Below, in pieces: positions 37,576 to 46,484 of a stretch of DNA of 64,000 nucleotides (its first letter is position 1; every line of letters begins with the position of its first letter). The notes under the pieces are model-generated. The model did no database searches. It was not told where the DNA came from and was given only the letters and a program-made list of their open reading frames with translations. The position numbers were made by a program, and so were the translations under genes. This stretch comes from an uncultured Candidatus Binatia bacterium (GTDB lineage Bacteria; Desulfobacterota; Binatia; UBA9968; JAJDTQ01). Where the stretch lies: the NCBI GenBank assembly GCA_964291295.2, contig OZ219754.1, forward strand, positions 2,400,001 to 2,464,000. Reading direction: 5' to 3'.

Positions 37576-38342
37576 GCGAGTTTCTGCTGGAGATCCGCCA
37601 GGTGTCCAGGAGCTTCGGGGCCCTGGTGGTGGCGGACCGGGTTTCCCTGGCGCTCCCGCCGGGTGCCCGACATGCCCTCATCGGTCCCAACGGCGCGGGC
37701 AAGACCACCTTGGTGAACCTCGTCGCCGGCACCGTCGCAGCCTCCGCCGGCACCATCCTGCTGGACGGCCGCGACATCACCCGCTGGTCCCAGGCGCGCC
37801 GGGTCAAGCACGGACTGGCGCGAACCTTCCAGATCAACACGCTGTTCCGCGGGCTCAGCGTGCTGGAAAACATCTGCATCGCCATCAGCGAGCGGCACTC
37901 CCTGTCGGCCCGGTTGTGGCGCCGCGCCGCGGCCCGCGCCGACGTCATGGCCGAAGGCATGGCGCTGCTCGAATCCGTGAAGCTCGACGGCGATGCCCGG
38001 CGGCGGGTGCGGGAACTGCCCTACGGGCGGCAGCGGCTGGTGGAGCTGGCCATCGCGCTGGGCCTGCGTCCCAAGGTGCTGCTGCTGGACGAGCCCGCGG
38101 CCGGGGTGCCGTCCGCGGAGAGCCACGTGCTGCTGGAGGCGGTGGAGTCGCTGCCCGAGTCCATGGCCGTTCTGATGATCGAGCATGACATGGACATCGT
38201 TTTCCGCTTTGCCCGGAGGGTGACGGTGCTGGTGTCCGGCGCGGTGCTTGCGGAGGGCACCCCGGCCGCGGTGGGCGCCGACCCCAAGGTCCGGGAGGTC
38301 TATCTCGGCGGCAACGCCGGGCTGCATGGGGGGAGGCGTTGA
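37572..38342 (+). CDS. ABC ATP-binding protein (LivG-like)
   Basis: GPNGAGKT, LPYG, LLLDEPAAG and IEHDM. Confidence 0.92.
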   Translation: MSEFLLEIRQVSRSFGALVVADRVSLALPPGARHALIGPNGAGKTTLVNLVAGTVAASAGTILLDGRDITRWSQARRVKHGLARTFQINTLFRGLSVLENICIAISERHSLSARLWRRAAARADVMAEGMALLESVKLDGDARRRVRELPYGRQRLVELAIALGLRPKVLLLDEPAAGVPSAESHVLLEAVESLPESMAVLMIEHDMDIVFRFARRVTVLVSGAVLAEGTPAAVGADPKVREVYLGGNAGLHGGRR

Positions 38343-39058
38343 GCACCGCCGCGGACAAGGCGCTGGAGTTGGTCGGGGTCTACGCCGGCTACGGCAGGAC
38401 CGTGGTGCTGGAGGGCATCGACCTGCTCCTCGACCGCGGCGAGCGGCTGAGCGTCATCGGCCGCAACGGGGTCGGGAAGACCACGCTCCTGGGGACCATC
38501 ATGGGCTACACGGCGCTCCACGACGGACGCATCGAACTGGCGGATCGGAACATCTCCAATGCCAGCATCCACCACCGCGTGCGCGCCGGCCTGGGCCTCG
38601 TGCCGCAGGAGCGCGAGGTGTTTCCGTCCCTGACCGTGTACGAGAACCTGGCGGTGGCGCGCCGCCGCGGCGGCTGGAGCTTCGAGCAGGTCTATGCGCT
38701 GTTCCCGCAATTGGGTTCGCGCACGACACACAAGGGAGGACAGCTCTCCGGCGGCGAACAGCAGATGCTGGCCATCGCCCGGGCGCTGGTGGGGAATCCG
38801 GACGTGCTGCTCATGGACGAGCCCACCGAGGGCCTGGCACCGGTCATCATCGAGCAACTGGTGGCCGCCATGCACACGTTGCGCGCTCAGGAGGGGCTCA
38901 CCATCATCCTGGTGGAACAGCACGCCGGCATCGCCCTGGAGTTCTCCGAGCGCACCGCGGTCATGAACCGCGGCCGCATCGTCTACGACGGCTCCAGCGC
39001 GACGCTGGCCGACGACGCGTCGCTGCTGAACTCGCTGGTGGGAGTGGCGGGGCAGTGA
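38339..39058 (+). CDS. ABC ATP-binding protein (LivF-like)
   Basis: GRNGVGKT, LSGGEQQMLAIAR, DEPTEGLAP and LVEQ. Confidence 0.92.
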   Translation: MSTAADKALELVGVYAGYGRTVVLEGIDLLLDRGERLSVIGRNGVGKTTLLGTIMGYTALHDGRIELADRNISNASIHHRVRAGLGLVPQEREVFPSLTVYENLAVARRRGGWSFEQVYALFPQLGSRTTHKGGQLSGGEQQMLAIARALVGNPDVLLMDEPTEGLAPVIIEQLVAAMHTLRAQEGLTIILVEQHAGIALEFSERTAVMNRGRIVYDGSSATLADDASLLNSLVGVAGQ

Positions 39059-39164
39059 CGGCCCCGCGCGCCCGCCGCCGGGGTCGGAACCTCGGGGTGG
39101 CGCGTCCCCGCCGTTTGGACATTTCGCCCTCTTTCGTGTGTACTCGAACGTACCAGGAGACGCC

Positions 39165-40403
39165 ATGAACAAGTCCGATGATGGTGAGAAGCTGAACAGG
39201 CGGGAGCTCTTTCGCCGGGGCGTCCTGGCGGGCGTGACCGCGGGACTGCTGCCCCTGACCGGAGGCCGCCCGGCGGCGGCGGGGACCGGGTCCACGGTGA
39301 AGCGTTATGTCCCGCTGGGGCGGACCGGGTTGGAGGTGTCCGACATCTCGTTCGGCTCCAGCCGGCTGGGCGCCGGCGAGGAAGACCTGGTGCGGGATGC
39401 CCTGGATCGCGGCATCAACTACTTCGACACGGCGGACAGCTACCGTGGGGGCGACTCCGAGATCACCATCGGCAACGCCCTGCGCGGCAGGCGGGACCGG
39501 GTCTTCCTCGCCTCCAAGACCCACACCCGCGCCGCCGAGGACCGGGAGTCGATGATGCACTCCCTGGAGGCCAGCCTGCGGCGGCTTCGGACCGACTACG
39601 TCGACGTCTACTTCACGCACGCGGTCAACGATGTGGCCCGACTCGACAACCCCGAGTGGCACGAGTTCGTGGCGGTGGCCCGGCGGCAGGGGAAGATTCG
39701 CTTCTCGGGAATGTCCGGTCACGCCGGGCGGCTGGTCCAGTGCCTGGACCACGCCCTGGACCGGGACATGGTGGACGTCGTCCTGGTGGCCTACAACTTC
39801 GGCCAGGATCCGAAGTTCTACGAACGGTTTACTCGGGGTTTCGACTTCATCGCGCGCCAGCCCGACCTGCCGCGGGTGCTCGACAAGGCGAAGGCGAAGA
39901 ATGTCGGCGTCATGGCGATGAAGACCCTCATGGGTGCCCGGCTCAACGATATGCGGCCGTTCGAGAAGGACGGCGCCACCTATGCCCAGGCGGCGTTCCG
40001 CTGGGTGCTGTCCAGCCCCCGGGTGCACGCGCTGGTGGTGTCCATGACCGATTCCGCCACGGTCCGGGAGTATCTGGGCGCCTCGGGCTGGACCACCGCG
40101 GCCCGCGGCGACTTCGAACTGCTCAAGGGCTACGCGCGCATGAACGGCGCCTCCTACTGCCGTCACGCCTGCAACGACTGCGAGAATGCCTGTCCCTACG
40201 GCGTCCCCATCGCCGACGTCCTGCGCACGCGCATGTATGCCCGGGACTACCAGGACGAAGAGTTGGCGCGCCGCGAGTATGCTCTGCTCGGAGACGGCGC
40301 CGCCGCCTGCCTCAACTGCCCGACCCGGGCCTGCGCCGGCTCCTGCAGCTACGGGCTCCCGGTGGAGAAGCTCACCGGTCCCACGCACCGGATGCTGGGT
40401 TGA
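39165..40403 (+). CDS. Aldo/keto reductase with Tat-like signal and C-terminal Fe-S-type cysteine cluster
   Basis: NRRELF twin-arginine motif, LGRTGLEVS, FDTADSY, SLRRLRTDYVD, and C-x3-C-x2-C-x3-CP plus CLNC..C. Confidence 0.85.
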   Translation: MNKSDDGEKLNRRELFRRGVLAGVTAGLLPLTGGRPAAAGTGSTVKRYVPLGRTGLEVSDISFGSSRLGAGEEDLVRDALDRGINYFDTADSYRGGDSEITIGNALRGRRDRVFLASKTHTRAAEDRESMMHSLEASLRRLRTDYVDVYFTHAVNDVARLDNPEWHEFVAVARRQGKIRFSGMSGHAGRLVQCLDHALDRDMVDVVLVAYNFGQDPKFYERFTRGFDFIARQPDLPRVLDKAKAKNVGVMAMKTLMGARLNDMRPFEKDGATYAQAAFRWVLSSPRVHALVVSMTDSATVREYLGASGWTTAARGDFELLKGYARMNGASYCRHACNDCENACPYGVPIADVLRTRMYARDYQDEELARREYALLGDGAAACLNCPTRACAGSCSYGLPVEKLTGPTHRMLG

Positions 40404-40421
40404 CGCGCCGGCTCTTTTCGG

Positions 40422-41330
40422 GTGCCTTTCCACGGTCGGAGCGTCGTCATCGATATCGCGATTACCGGTGCGAACGGGGTGCTGGGCAGGGCGCTGATCC
40501 TTCGTCTGACGGAAGCCCGGCAGCTGGGCCTGCGCGCCTTGGTGCGTCGGCCGGTACGGCTCTTCGACGGCTTCCCGGTGGAGGTTCTCCAGGTCGACTA
40601 CGACGACCCCGGCTCGCTGGCGTCGGCGGTGGCCGGGGCGGCGGCCGTCGTTCATCTGGCCGGGGCGCTCCAGCCGCGGCGCGGAGAACGGCTTGGCGAC
40701 GCCAACACCGGCACCACCCGGAGCGTGGTCTCGGCGGCGAAAAAAGCCGGCATCCGGAGATTCGTCTATCTGAGTGCGCCCGGGGCCAGGCCGGGTTCAC
40801 CCAACGCGTATCTGCGCTCCAAGGCCTTGGCTGAAGCGGCCATCCGCGGGGCCGGGTTCGAGGCGGTGGTGTTCCGGGTCCCGATGGTGTTGGGGGAGGG
40901 CACGCCGTCCGCCCGCACCCTCCGTCGTCTGGCCGGGAAGCGGGCGGTGCCGCTGGTGCGGGGCGGCCGGGTGCGCATCCAGCCGGTGGCGCTGGGAGAT
41001 GTCGTCGGCGCCCTCCAGTGGGCGCTCGAGGTGGAGACGCCGCCGGCCGGTTCGCTGGATCTGGTGGGCCCCGATACGCTGACCTACGTCGAGTTGCTGT
41101 GGCGCGCGTCGGCGCGCATGCAGCGGCGGCCGCCGCGGGTCCTGAGCGTGCCCGGGTGGCTGGCGGAGGGAAGCGCGCGGGTTGGCGGGCGACTGGGAAC
41201 GGGTTGGAACCGGACGCTCTTCGACACCCTGTTCAACGAGCATCTGGGAGACGCCACCGAGACGCGGGGCCTGCTGCCGTTCCCGCTGACACCGGTGGAG
41301 GCGCTTCTGGACGGACTGTTCTCGTCATGA
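40422..41330 (+). CDS. NAD-dependent epimerase/dehydratase (NDUFA9-like atypical SDR)
   Basis: ITGANGVLG, VVHLAG, YLRSK and QPV..DV. Confidence 0.8.
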   Translation: MPFHGRSVVIDIAITGANGVLGRALILRLTEARQLGLRALVRRPVRLFDGFPVEVLQVDYDDPGSLASAVAGAAAVVHLAGALQPRRGERLGDANTGTTRSVVSAAKKAGIRRFVYLSAPGARPGSPNAYLRSKALAEAAIRGAGFEAVVFRVPMVLGEGTPSARTLRRLAGKRAVPLVRGGRVRIQPVALGDVVGALQWALEVETPPAGSLDLVGPDTLTYVELLWRASARMQRRPPRVLSVPGWLAEGSARVGGRLGTGWNRTLFDTLFNEHLGDATETRGLLPFPLTPVEALLDGLFSS

Positions 41331-41346
41331 CCCGGAAACACGAAAC

Positions 41347-42336
41347 GTGAACGATTCGGCGTCCCAGAAGACGACGGTTTCCCACGAGACGCCGGCACCG
41401 CCCGGGGAGCGGCGCGGCCGGGCGCGGTTCATCCCCGTGGCACTCACCCTGGTCATCTTCGGCATCATCTTCTGGCGCATTCCCTTCGACGCTTTCTGGC
41501 AGGCGGTGTCGGGTGCGCGGCTGCTGCCGTTCTTCACCCTCATGGCCTCGTTCTCCTTGTGCTTCTTCCTGGCCGACGTGGCGGTGCTGGCGGCACTGAT
41601 CCGCTGGTTTCACGGACCGCTCCGGTATCGGGAGCTGCTGCCGGTGCGGGCCTCCACATACATCGTTTCGATCATCAACACCCAACTCGCCCAAGCCGCA
41701 CTGGCGCTCTACCTCAACCGGCGTTTCCGAACGCCCCTGGGCGAGATCACCAGCACGGTAATCCTGCTCATCCTGCTGGAGGCCACCAACCTCATCTTCT
41801 TCGCCACCGCCGGCTCGGTGGCCTTTCCCGGCGGCATGCCGGCCGTGTTCTTCGTGCTGCCGGTGGTGCTGGCCGTGCTCTGGACAGCGGTCCCGGGCAT
41901 CGCGCGCGGTGGGCTCGGGGTGCTGGGACGGTGGCTCGGCGGCAACGTGCTGTTGTCCACATTCCGCAAGGTGCGGTGGCCCCAGGCTCTGGCGATCCTC
42001 GCACTGAAGGGATCGGTGTTCGTCCTGTCGCTCCTGGTCCATGCCACGGCGCTGACGTTCTTCGGCATCGAGATACCGCTCCCGCGGTTGCTGGCGTTCC
42101 TGCCCATCGTTTACCTGGTGGCCGCGTTGCCCGTGACCGTGGCCCATCTCGGCACTTCGCAGGCCGCCTGGATCTTCTTCTTCGGCGGCTACGCCGCGGA
42201 AGCCGACCTGCTTGCCTACAGCCTGGCGGCGCACCTGACCTTCATGCTGGCCAACGGCGGATTCGGCCTGGTCTTTCTGCCCCGGGTGTACGCGGACCTG
42301 TTCCCGCGAAGGCAGGCGGGAGAGACGACGGTTTGA
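41347..42336 (+). CDS. Lysylphosphatidylglycerol synthase TM / flippase-like membrane protein
   Basis: About 8 TM segments; ALPVTVAHLGTSQAAW resembles the LPG_synthase_TM signature. Confidence 0.65.
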   Translation: MNDSASQKTTVSHETPAPPGERRGRARFIPVALTLVIFGIIFWRIPFDAFWQAVSGARLLPFFTLMASFSLCFFLADVAVLAALIRWFHGPLRYRELLPVRASTYIVSIINTQLAQAALALYLNRRFRTPLGEITSTVILLILLEATNLIFFATAGSVAFPGGMPAVFFVLPVVLAVLWTAVPGIARGGLGVLGRWLGGNVLLSTFRKVRWPQALAILALKGSVFVLSLLVHATALTFFGIEIPLPRLLAFLPIVYLVAALPVTVAHLGTSQAAWIFFFGGYAAEADLLAYSLAAHLTFMLANGGFGLVFLPRVYADLFPRRQAGETTV

Positions 42337-42395
42337 GCCGCCGCCGGACCCGCGCCCACTCGCCGGAATCCGGAAAGGCGGTCAAGGGAGCAGAC

Positions 42396-43646
42396 ATGGC
42401 ACCTTCAATGTTCACCTCGTTCCTGCGTTCCGGCACCCGACGCCTCGCCGCGGAGACGCGGGAACTGGGGCGGGAGCGGGTTCGGCTGCTGGGTGTGGTG
42501 ACCGGCGGGCATGTGGCGATCCATTGGTTCCAGCAGCTGTTCACCGTGGCCCAGCCGTTCATCAAGGCCGGACTGGGTCTCAGCGGGGTTCAGTATGGAG
42601 CGTTGGCCGCGGCCCGGCAGTTCGGGCAGGGTACTCTCAACCTGCCCTGCGGCATGCTCGGAGACGCCCTGTTCCGGCATCGCGACGCGATCCTGGCGTC
42701 GTCCCTGGTGATGATGGGGGTGGCCTATCTGCTCTTCGGCAGCCGCGGCGGTTTCCAGGCCGCTTTCGCCGCCAGCGTGCTCATCGGTTTTGGCACCGCG
42801 CTGTGGCATCCCACCGCGGCGGCGACTCTCACGTCCAAGTTCCCGCAGCGCCGGGCCACCGCCATGGCGGTCCACGGCACCGGCGCCACGGTGAGCGACA
42901 GCCTCTCGCCGCTGGCACAGGGCCTGCTGGTGGCCGCCCTGCCCTGGGAAGAGGTGCTGTGGTGGCACATCGTGCCGGGAGTGCTGGCGGGTTTTCTGGT
43001 ATTGCGCGGTCTGCTGGGCACCTTTCGGGACGATACCCGGGTGCCGTCCCGCAGCTCGCGTCTTCGCGAAATGATGGCGTTGCTGGGCAACGGCTCGTTC
43101 GTGGCCATATCGGCGTCCAGGGGCTTTCTCACCATGGGCCGCGTGGTGATCCTCACTTTCCTGCCCATCTATCTTGTCGCGGAACTCGACTTCACGGCCA
43201 CGGCGCTGGGCGTCTACGTCTTTCTCCTGCACGTGGTGGGGATCTTCTCCCAGACCCCCCTGGGTTATCTGTCCGACCGCCATGGCCGGAAACCGGTGCT
43301 GGTTCCGTCCATGGCGGTGTTGGGCATCCTGTACATGCTCCTCGCCGTGGCTCCGCCGGTGACGGTCCTGACCCTCGTCATCATTGCCATCGGCACCTTT
43401 TTCTACACGCTGATGAACGTCATGACCGCCGTCATCTCGGACGTGTCCGGCGCCAACGTGCAGGCCTCCTCCCAAGGGCTCACCACCGTCCTGGCCCAGG
43501 CGGCCGTGCTGCCCACCCCGATCATCGCCGGTTACCTGGCGGATCACTACGGGATCGGCTCCACTTTCGTCCTGGCGGGAATCTTCGTGCTGCTGGCGGC
43601 GCTCTGTCTCGCGCCGCTGAAGCTCTATCCGGGGGACCGGCGGTAG
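42396..43646 (+). CDS. MFS transporter
   Basis: About 12 TM segments, GYLSDRHGRK motif A, WHP..A and AGYLAD. Confidence 0.85.
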   Translation: MAPSMFTSFLRSGTRRLAAETRELGRERVRLLGVVTGGHVAIHWFQQLFTVAQPFIKAGLGLSGVQYGALAAARQFGQGTLNLPCGMLGDALFRHRDAILASSLVMMGVAYLLFGSRGGFQAAFAASVLIGFGTALWHPTAAATLTSKFPQRRATAMAVHGTGATVSDSLSPLAQGLLVAALPWEEVLWWHIVPGVLAGFLVLRGLLGTFRDDTRVPSRSSRLREMMALLGNGSFVAISASRGFLTMGRVVILTFLPIYLVAELDFTATALGVYVFLLHVVGIFSQTPLGYLSDRHGRKPVLVPSMAVLGILYMLLAVAPPVTVLTLVIIAIGTFFYTLMNVMTAVISDVSGANVQASSQGLTTVLAQAAVLPTPIIAGYLADHYGIGSTFVLAGIFVLLAALCLAPLKLYPGDRR

Positions 43647-43679
43647 CTGCCCGCCGGCGAGAATGCGGCGCCGCCGATG

Positions 43680-44255
43680 TCAACCGGAACGGCGCAGGTT
43701 CCGGACGAACACCACCACCGTGTACACGAACACGGCGTCGCCCGCCCGTCGGATCCGGGCGGTCCACCGGCCGCCGCCGAGCCAGGCCCCCAGGGCCACC
43801 GCGCCCACCAGCAGGTAGAAGAGGACGCCGGCGGTCTTGCCCGGGATATCCTCCCGGAGTCGTGGCGGCCGGTCGGAGGACGGGTTCCGGTTTCGGAAGA
43901 AAAACTGCGCCGCGAGGGCGGCCACGGCCAGTGGCACCCAGTAGCCCACCCGATCAAGCCATGCCGCGGCCAGCAGGGTCGAGGTGTTGAACCAGACGTC
44001 GGCCAGTACGTCCAGCCGTCCCCATCGGGGGTTTTGGTCGCCGGCCCGGCGCGCGAAGTATCCGTCCAGCAGGTCCGAGGACGCGGTCAGCAGGTAAAGT
44101 GCGAACAGCAGTGCGCCGGCGGGGCCGGGGGGCTCGCCGCGGGTTTCGAGAAGGAGGTGGATGAAGGGAACGGGGGCAGCGAAGCGCCCAAGGGTCAGCC
44201 CGTTGGCAAGGCCGCGATGGAAGGTGGAGACGGTTGCGTCCGTCCCGTGGCTCAG
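43680..44255 (-). CDS. CDP-alcohol phosphatidyltransferase family protein (probable CTG start; ORF track shows only the C-terminal half)
   Basis: The frame of ORF 43680..43949 stays open upstream: LANGLTLGRF...SDLLDGYFARR..GRLDVLAD. CTG at 44255 follows GGAG by 8 nt and overlaps the nbaC TGA. Confidence 0.7.
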   Translation of the reverse strand: MSHGTDATVSTFHRGLANGLTLGRFAAPVPFIHLLLETRGEPPGPAGALLFALYLLTASSDLLDGYFARRAGDQNPRWGRLDVLADVWFNTSTLLAAAWLDRVGYWVPLAVAALAAQFFFRNRNPSSDRPPRLREDIPGKTAGVLFYLLVGAVALGAWLGGGRWTARIRRAGDAVFVYTVVVFVRNLRRSG

Positions 44256-44773
44256 TTGATCGGCTCCATGACCGACCCGCAGCCATCACACTTGCGGTTC
44301 TGCTCGTTGCTCCAGAAGCGCTCGAAGATGGGCGGGAGTTGCGCCACGATATCCGTAAGCTGCACCGACTCCTCGTAGATCTTGGCGTGGCAGTGGTCGC
44401 AGTACCACTGGAACCGGTCGCGTTCTCCTTCGCGCCGCTGGCGCTCGATGACGAGGCCCACGGTATCGGCCTTGCGTTGCGGCGAGTGCGGCACCCGGGG
44501 AGGGAGCAGGAAGATCTCGCCCGCGCGGATGGCGATGTCCCGGGGCAGGCCGTTCTCCATGATCCGAAGCGTCATGTCGCCTTCGAGCTGGTAGAAGAAC
44601 TCCTCGCCCTCGTCCACGTGATAGTCCTTGCGCGTGTTGGGTCCGCCCACCACCATGACCGTGAACTCGGTGTCCTTGTAGACCACCTGGTTGCCCACCG
44701 GCGGCTTGAGCAGGTGGCGGTGCTCGTCGATCCACCTTGCGAAATTGAGAGGCGGTGTGATGCGGGTCATCAT
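44252..44773 (-). CDS. nbaC: 3-hydroxyanthranilate 3,4-dioxygenase
   Basis: LLKPPVGN, VGGPNTRKDYH, EEFFYQ, PHSPQR, and rubredoxin-like CDHC/CDGC. Confidence 0.93.
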   Translation of the reverse strand: MMTRITPPLNFARWIDEHRHLLKPPVGNQVVYKDTEFTVMVVGGPNTRKDYHVDEGEEFFYQLEGDMTLRIMENGLPRDIAIRAGEIFLLPPRVPHSPQRKADTVGLVIERQRREGERDRFQWYCDHCHAKIYEESVQLTDIVAQLPPIFERFWSNEQNRKCDGCGSVMEPIN

Positions 44774-44889
44774 CGGTTCCTCCCGACGCCTCTGACGAGG
44801 CCTTTCCCCGGAACTCCTGCCCCGAGAGCCCCTCTCCCGAGGGGATGCCGGCCCGAACATATCACGATCCGGTGCGGGAGGGAAGGATT

Positions 44890-45375
44890 TCACGACGAGG
44901 CGGAGGCGCGCCCCGCGGCCCAGTGGATCATCGCCTCCTGGGCGGCGTTCTGGGGTGCCGAGCCGGCCCGCCTCACCGCGCCGTGCGCCGCGGCGGCGGT
45001 CAGCCCCAGCGCCAGCAGCACGCAGACGGCAAAGGTGCCGGTGCGGCCGATGCCGGCGGCGCAGTGGACGAGAACGTGTTCGCCCTCCGCCAGCCGTCGG
45101 GCCGTGCCCCGGGCCAGCGTCCAGAAGGCCTCCCTGTCCCGGGGGGCCTCAAGGTCTTCGACCGGAAAGCTCTCGTGTACCCATGGCGTCGTCCGCTCCT
45201 CGACCGCCCGGGCGTAGAGCGGAGACTTGTCGTCCAACTCGTCCGGGGGAACGAGACAGACCACCCGGCCGACGCCGTGCCCGAGGATGGCCCGCCACGC
45301 CTCCTGGAACGCCTCGTAGCGTCCGGGCATGCTGCCCAGGTAGAGGTGTCCGGAGACACCGTCGGGAAGTTTCAC
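44890..45375 (-). CDS. Dual-specificity / protein-tyrosine phosphatase family protein
   Basis: VHCAAGIGRTG (CX5R) P-loop and FPVED. Confidence 0.85.
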   Translation of the reverse strand: MKLPDGVSGHLYLGSMPGRYEAFQEAWRAILGHGVGRVVCLVPPDELDDKSPLYARAVEERTTPWVHESFPVEDLEAPRDREAFWTLARGTARRLAEGEHVLVHCAAGIGRTGTFAVCVLLALGLTAAAAHGAVRRAGSAPQNAAQEAMIHWAAGRASASS

Positions 45376-45439
45376 GGCTCGGTACAGGGTCGCGCGTCCT
45401 GGCCGGGGGTCTTCCGGAGATGGCGCCGCAGCGGCGGAC

Positions 45440-46450
45440 CTACAGGGTCCGGCGCAGTTCGGCGGCGGCGGCGGTCAACAGCCCGGCCTTGGCGAAGGCG
45501 AGTTCCCGGCTCACGGTCATGAGGCCGCAGTCCGGCGCCAGCAGGAGCTTGTCCGCGTCGAGATGGCGCAGTGCGTGGCGGACCCGCGTCACCACCGATT
45601 CCACCGGCGGCACCGGCACGTCGCCGGGGTCCACGCAGCCGAACAGCACCCGCCGCTCCCGGCACACCGCGAGGAGCGCCGGGTCGTAGTGGCTGCGGGC
45701 GAACTCCACGGCGAAGCCGCCGATGGCGGTTTCGAGCAGCAGGGTGAGCAGCTCCGGGTACTCGTACTCGTGCTGCAGGCTCCTGCCGCCGGGATAGCCG
45801 TAGCAGAGGTGGACGATGGAGGGGATGGTGATTCCCTCAATGCAGCGGTCCAGGGCCCGGGCGCCGTAGGCGGCCACTTTCTCATGGTAGCGTGTCATGG
45901 CGGGCTCGTCGATCTGCACCACATCGGCGCCGGCCGCCTGAAGATCCCTCAGTTCCGCGTTGATGGCCGCGGCCACGTCCATGGCCATGGCGGCCTCATC
46001 GCCGTAGTGGTCGTCCCGGGTGCTGTCCACCACGGTCATGGGGCCCGGCACGGCCATCTTCACGGGCCGGTCCGTGTGCACCCTGGCGAAGCGCAGATCC
46101 TCCACCACCGCGGGACTCCGCCGGTGGATGGGTCCGTACACCCGGGGCACCCGGTGAATCTCCCGGCGCCTCCGGTACAGTTCCTTGGGAACCCGGTTGA
46201 CCGTGTCCACACCCTCCAGGGAGTTCAGGATGTGGTCGATGAAGTGAGGCCGCCGTTGTTCGCCGTCGGTGACCAGGTCCAGGCCCGCGAGTTCCTGGCC
46301 GCGGATGGCCAAGGCGGTGGCGTCGTCCAGGCCCTCCTGAAGCCGCTCCCCTTCCAGGTGGAAGGTCACCGTGCTGCGGGCGGCGGTGGCCAGCCACTTG
46401 GGTCGCGGAAAGCTGCCGATGGTGGTGGTGGCGATGGGGGGCAGTTGCAT
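45440..46450 (-). CDS. Cobalamin-independent methionine synthase II family (single-barrel MetE core-type)
   Basis: IGSFPRP, TDGEQRR, QIDEP, HLCYG, and APDCG Zn ligands; 336 aa. Confidence 0.85.
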   Translation of the reverse strand: MQLPPIATTTIGSFPRPKWLATAARSTVTFHLEGERLQEGLDDATALAIRGQELAGLDLVTDGEQRRPHFIDHILNSLEGVDTVNRVPKELYRRRREIHRVPRVYGPIHRRSPAVVEDLRFARVHTDRPVKMAVPGPMTVVDSTRDDHYGDEAAMAMDVAAAINAELRDLQAAGADVVQIDEPAMTRYHEKVAAYGARALDRCIEGITIPSIVHLCYGYPGGRSLQHEYEYPELLTLLLETAIGGFAVEFARSHYDPALLAVCRERRVLFGCVDPGDVPVPPVESVVTRVRHALRHLDADKLLLAPDCGLMTVSRELAFAKAGLLTAAAAELRRTL

Positions 46451-46484
46451 GGGAGCCTCCGTGCCGGATGCCTTGGCGCGCGTG

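Noticed and set aside
45440-46450. Assigning the symbol metE
   Set aside because: Only the single catalytic barrel is present; such proteins include core methionine synthases and other Zn-thiol transferases, so the exact function is uncertain.
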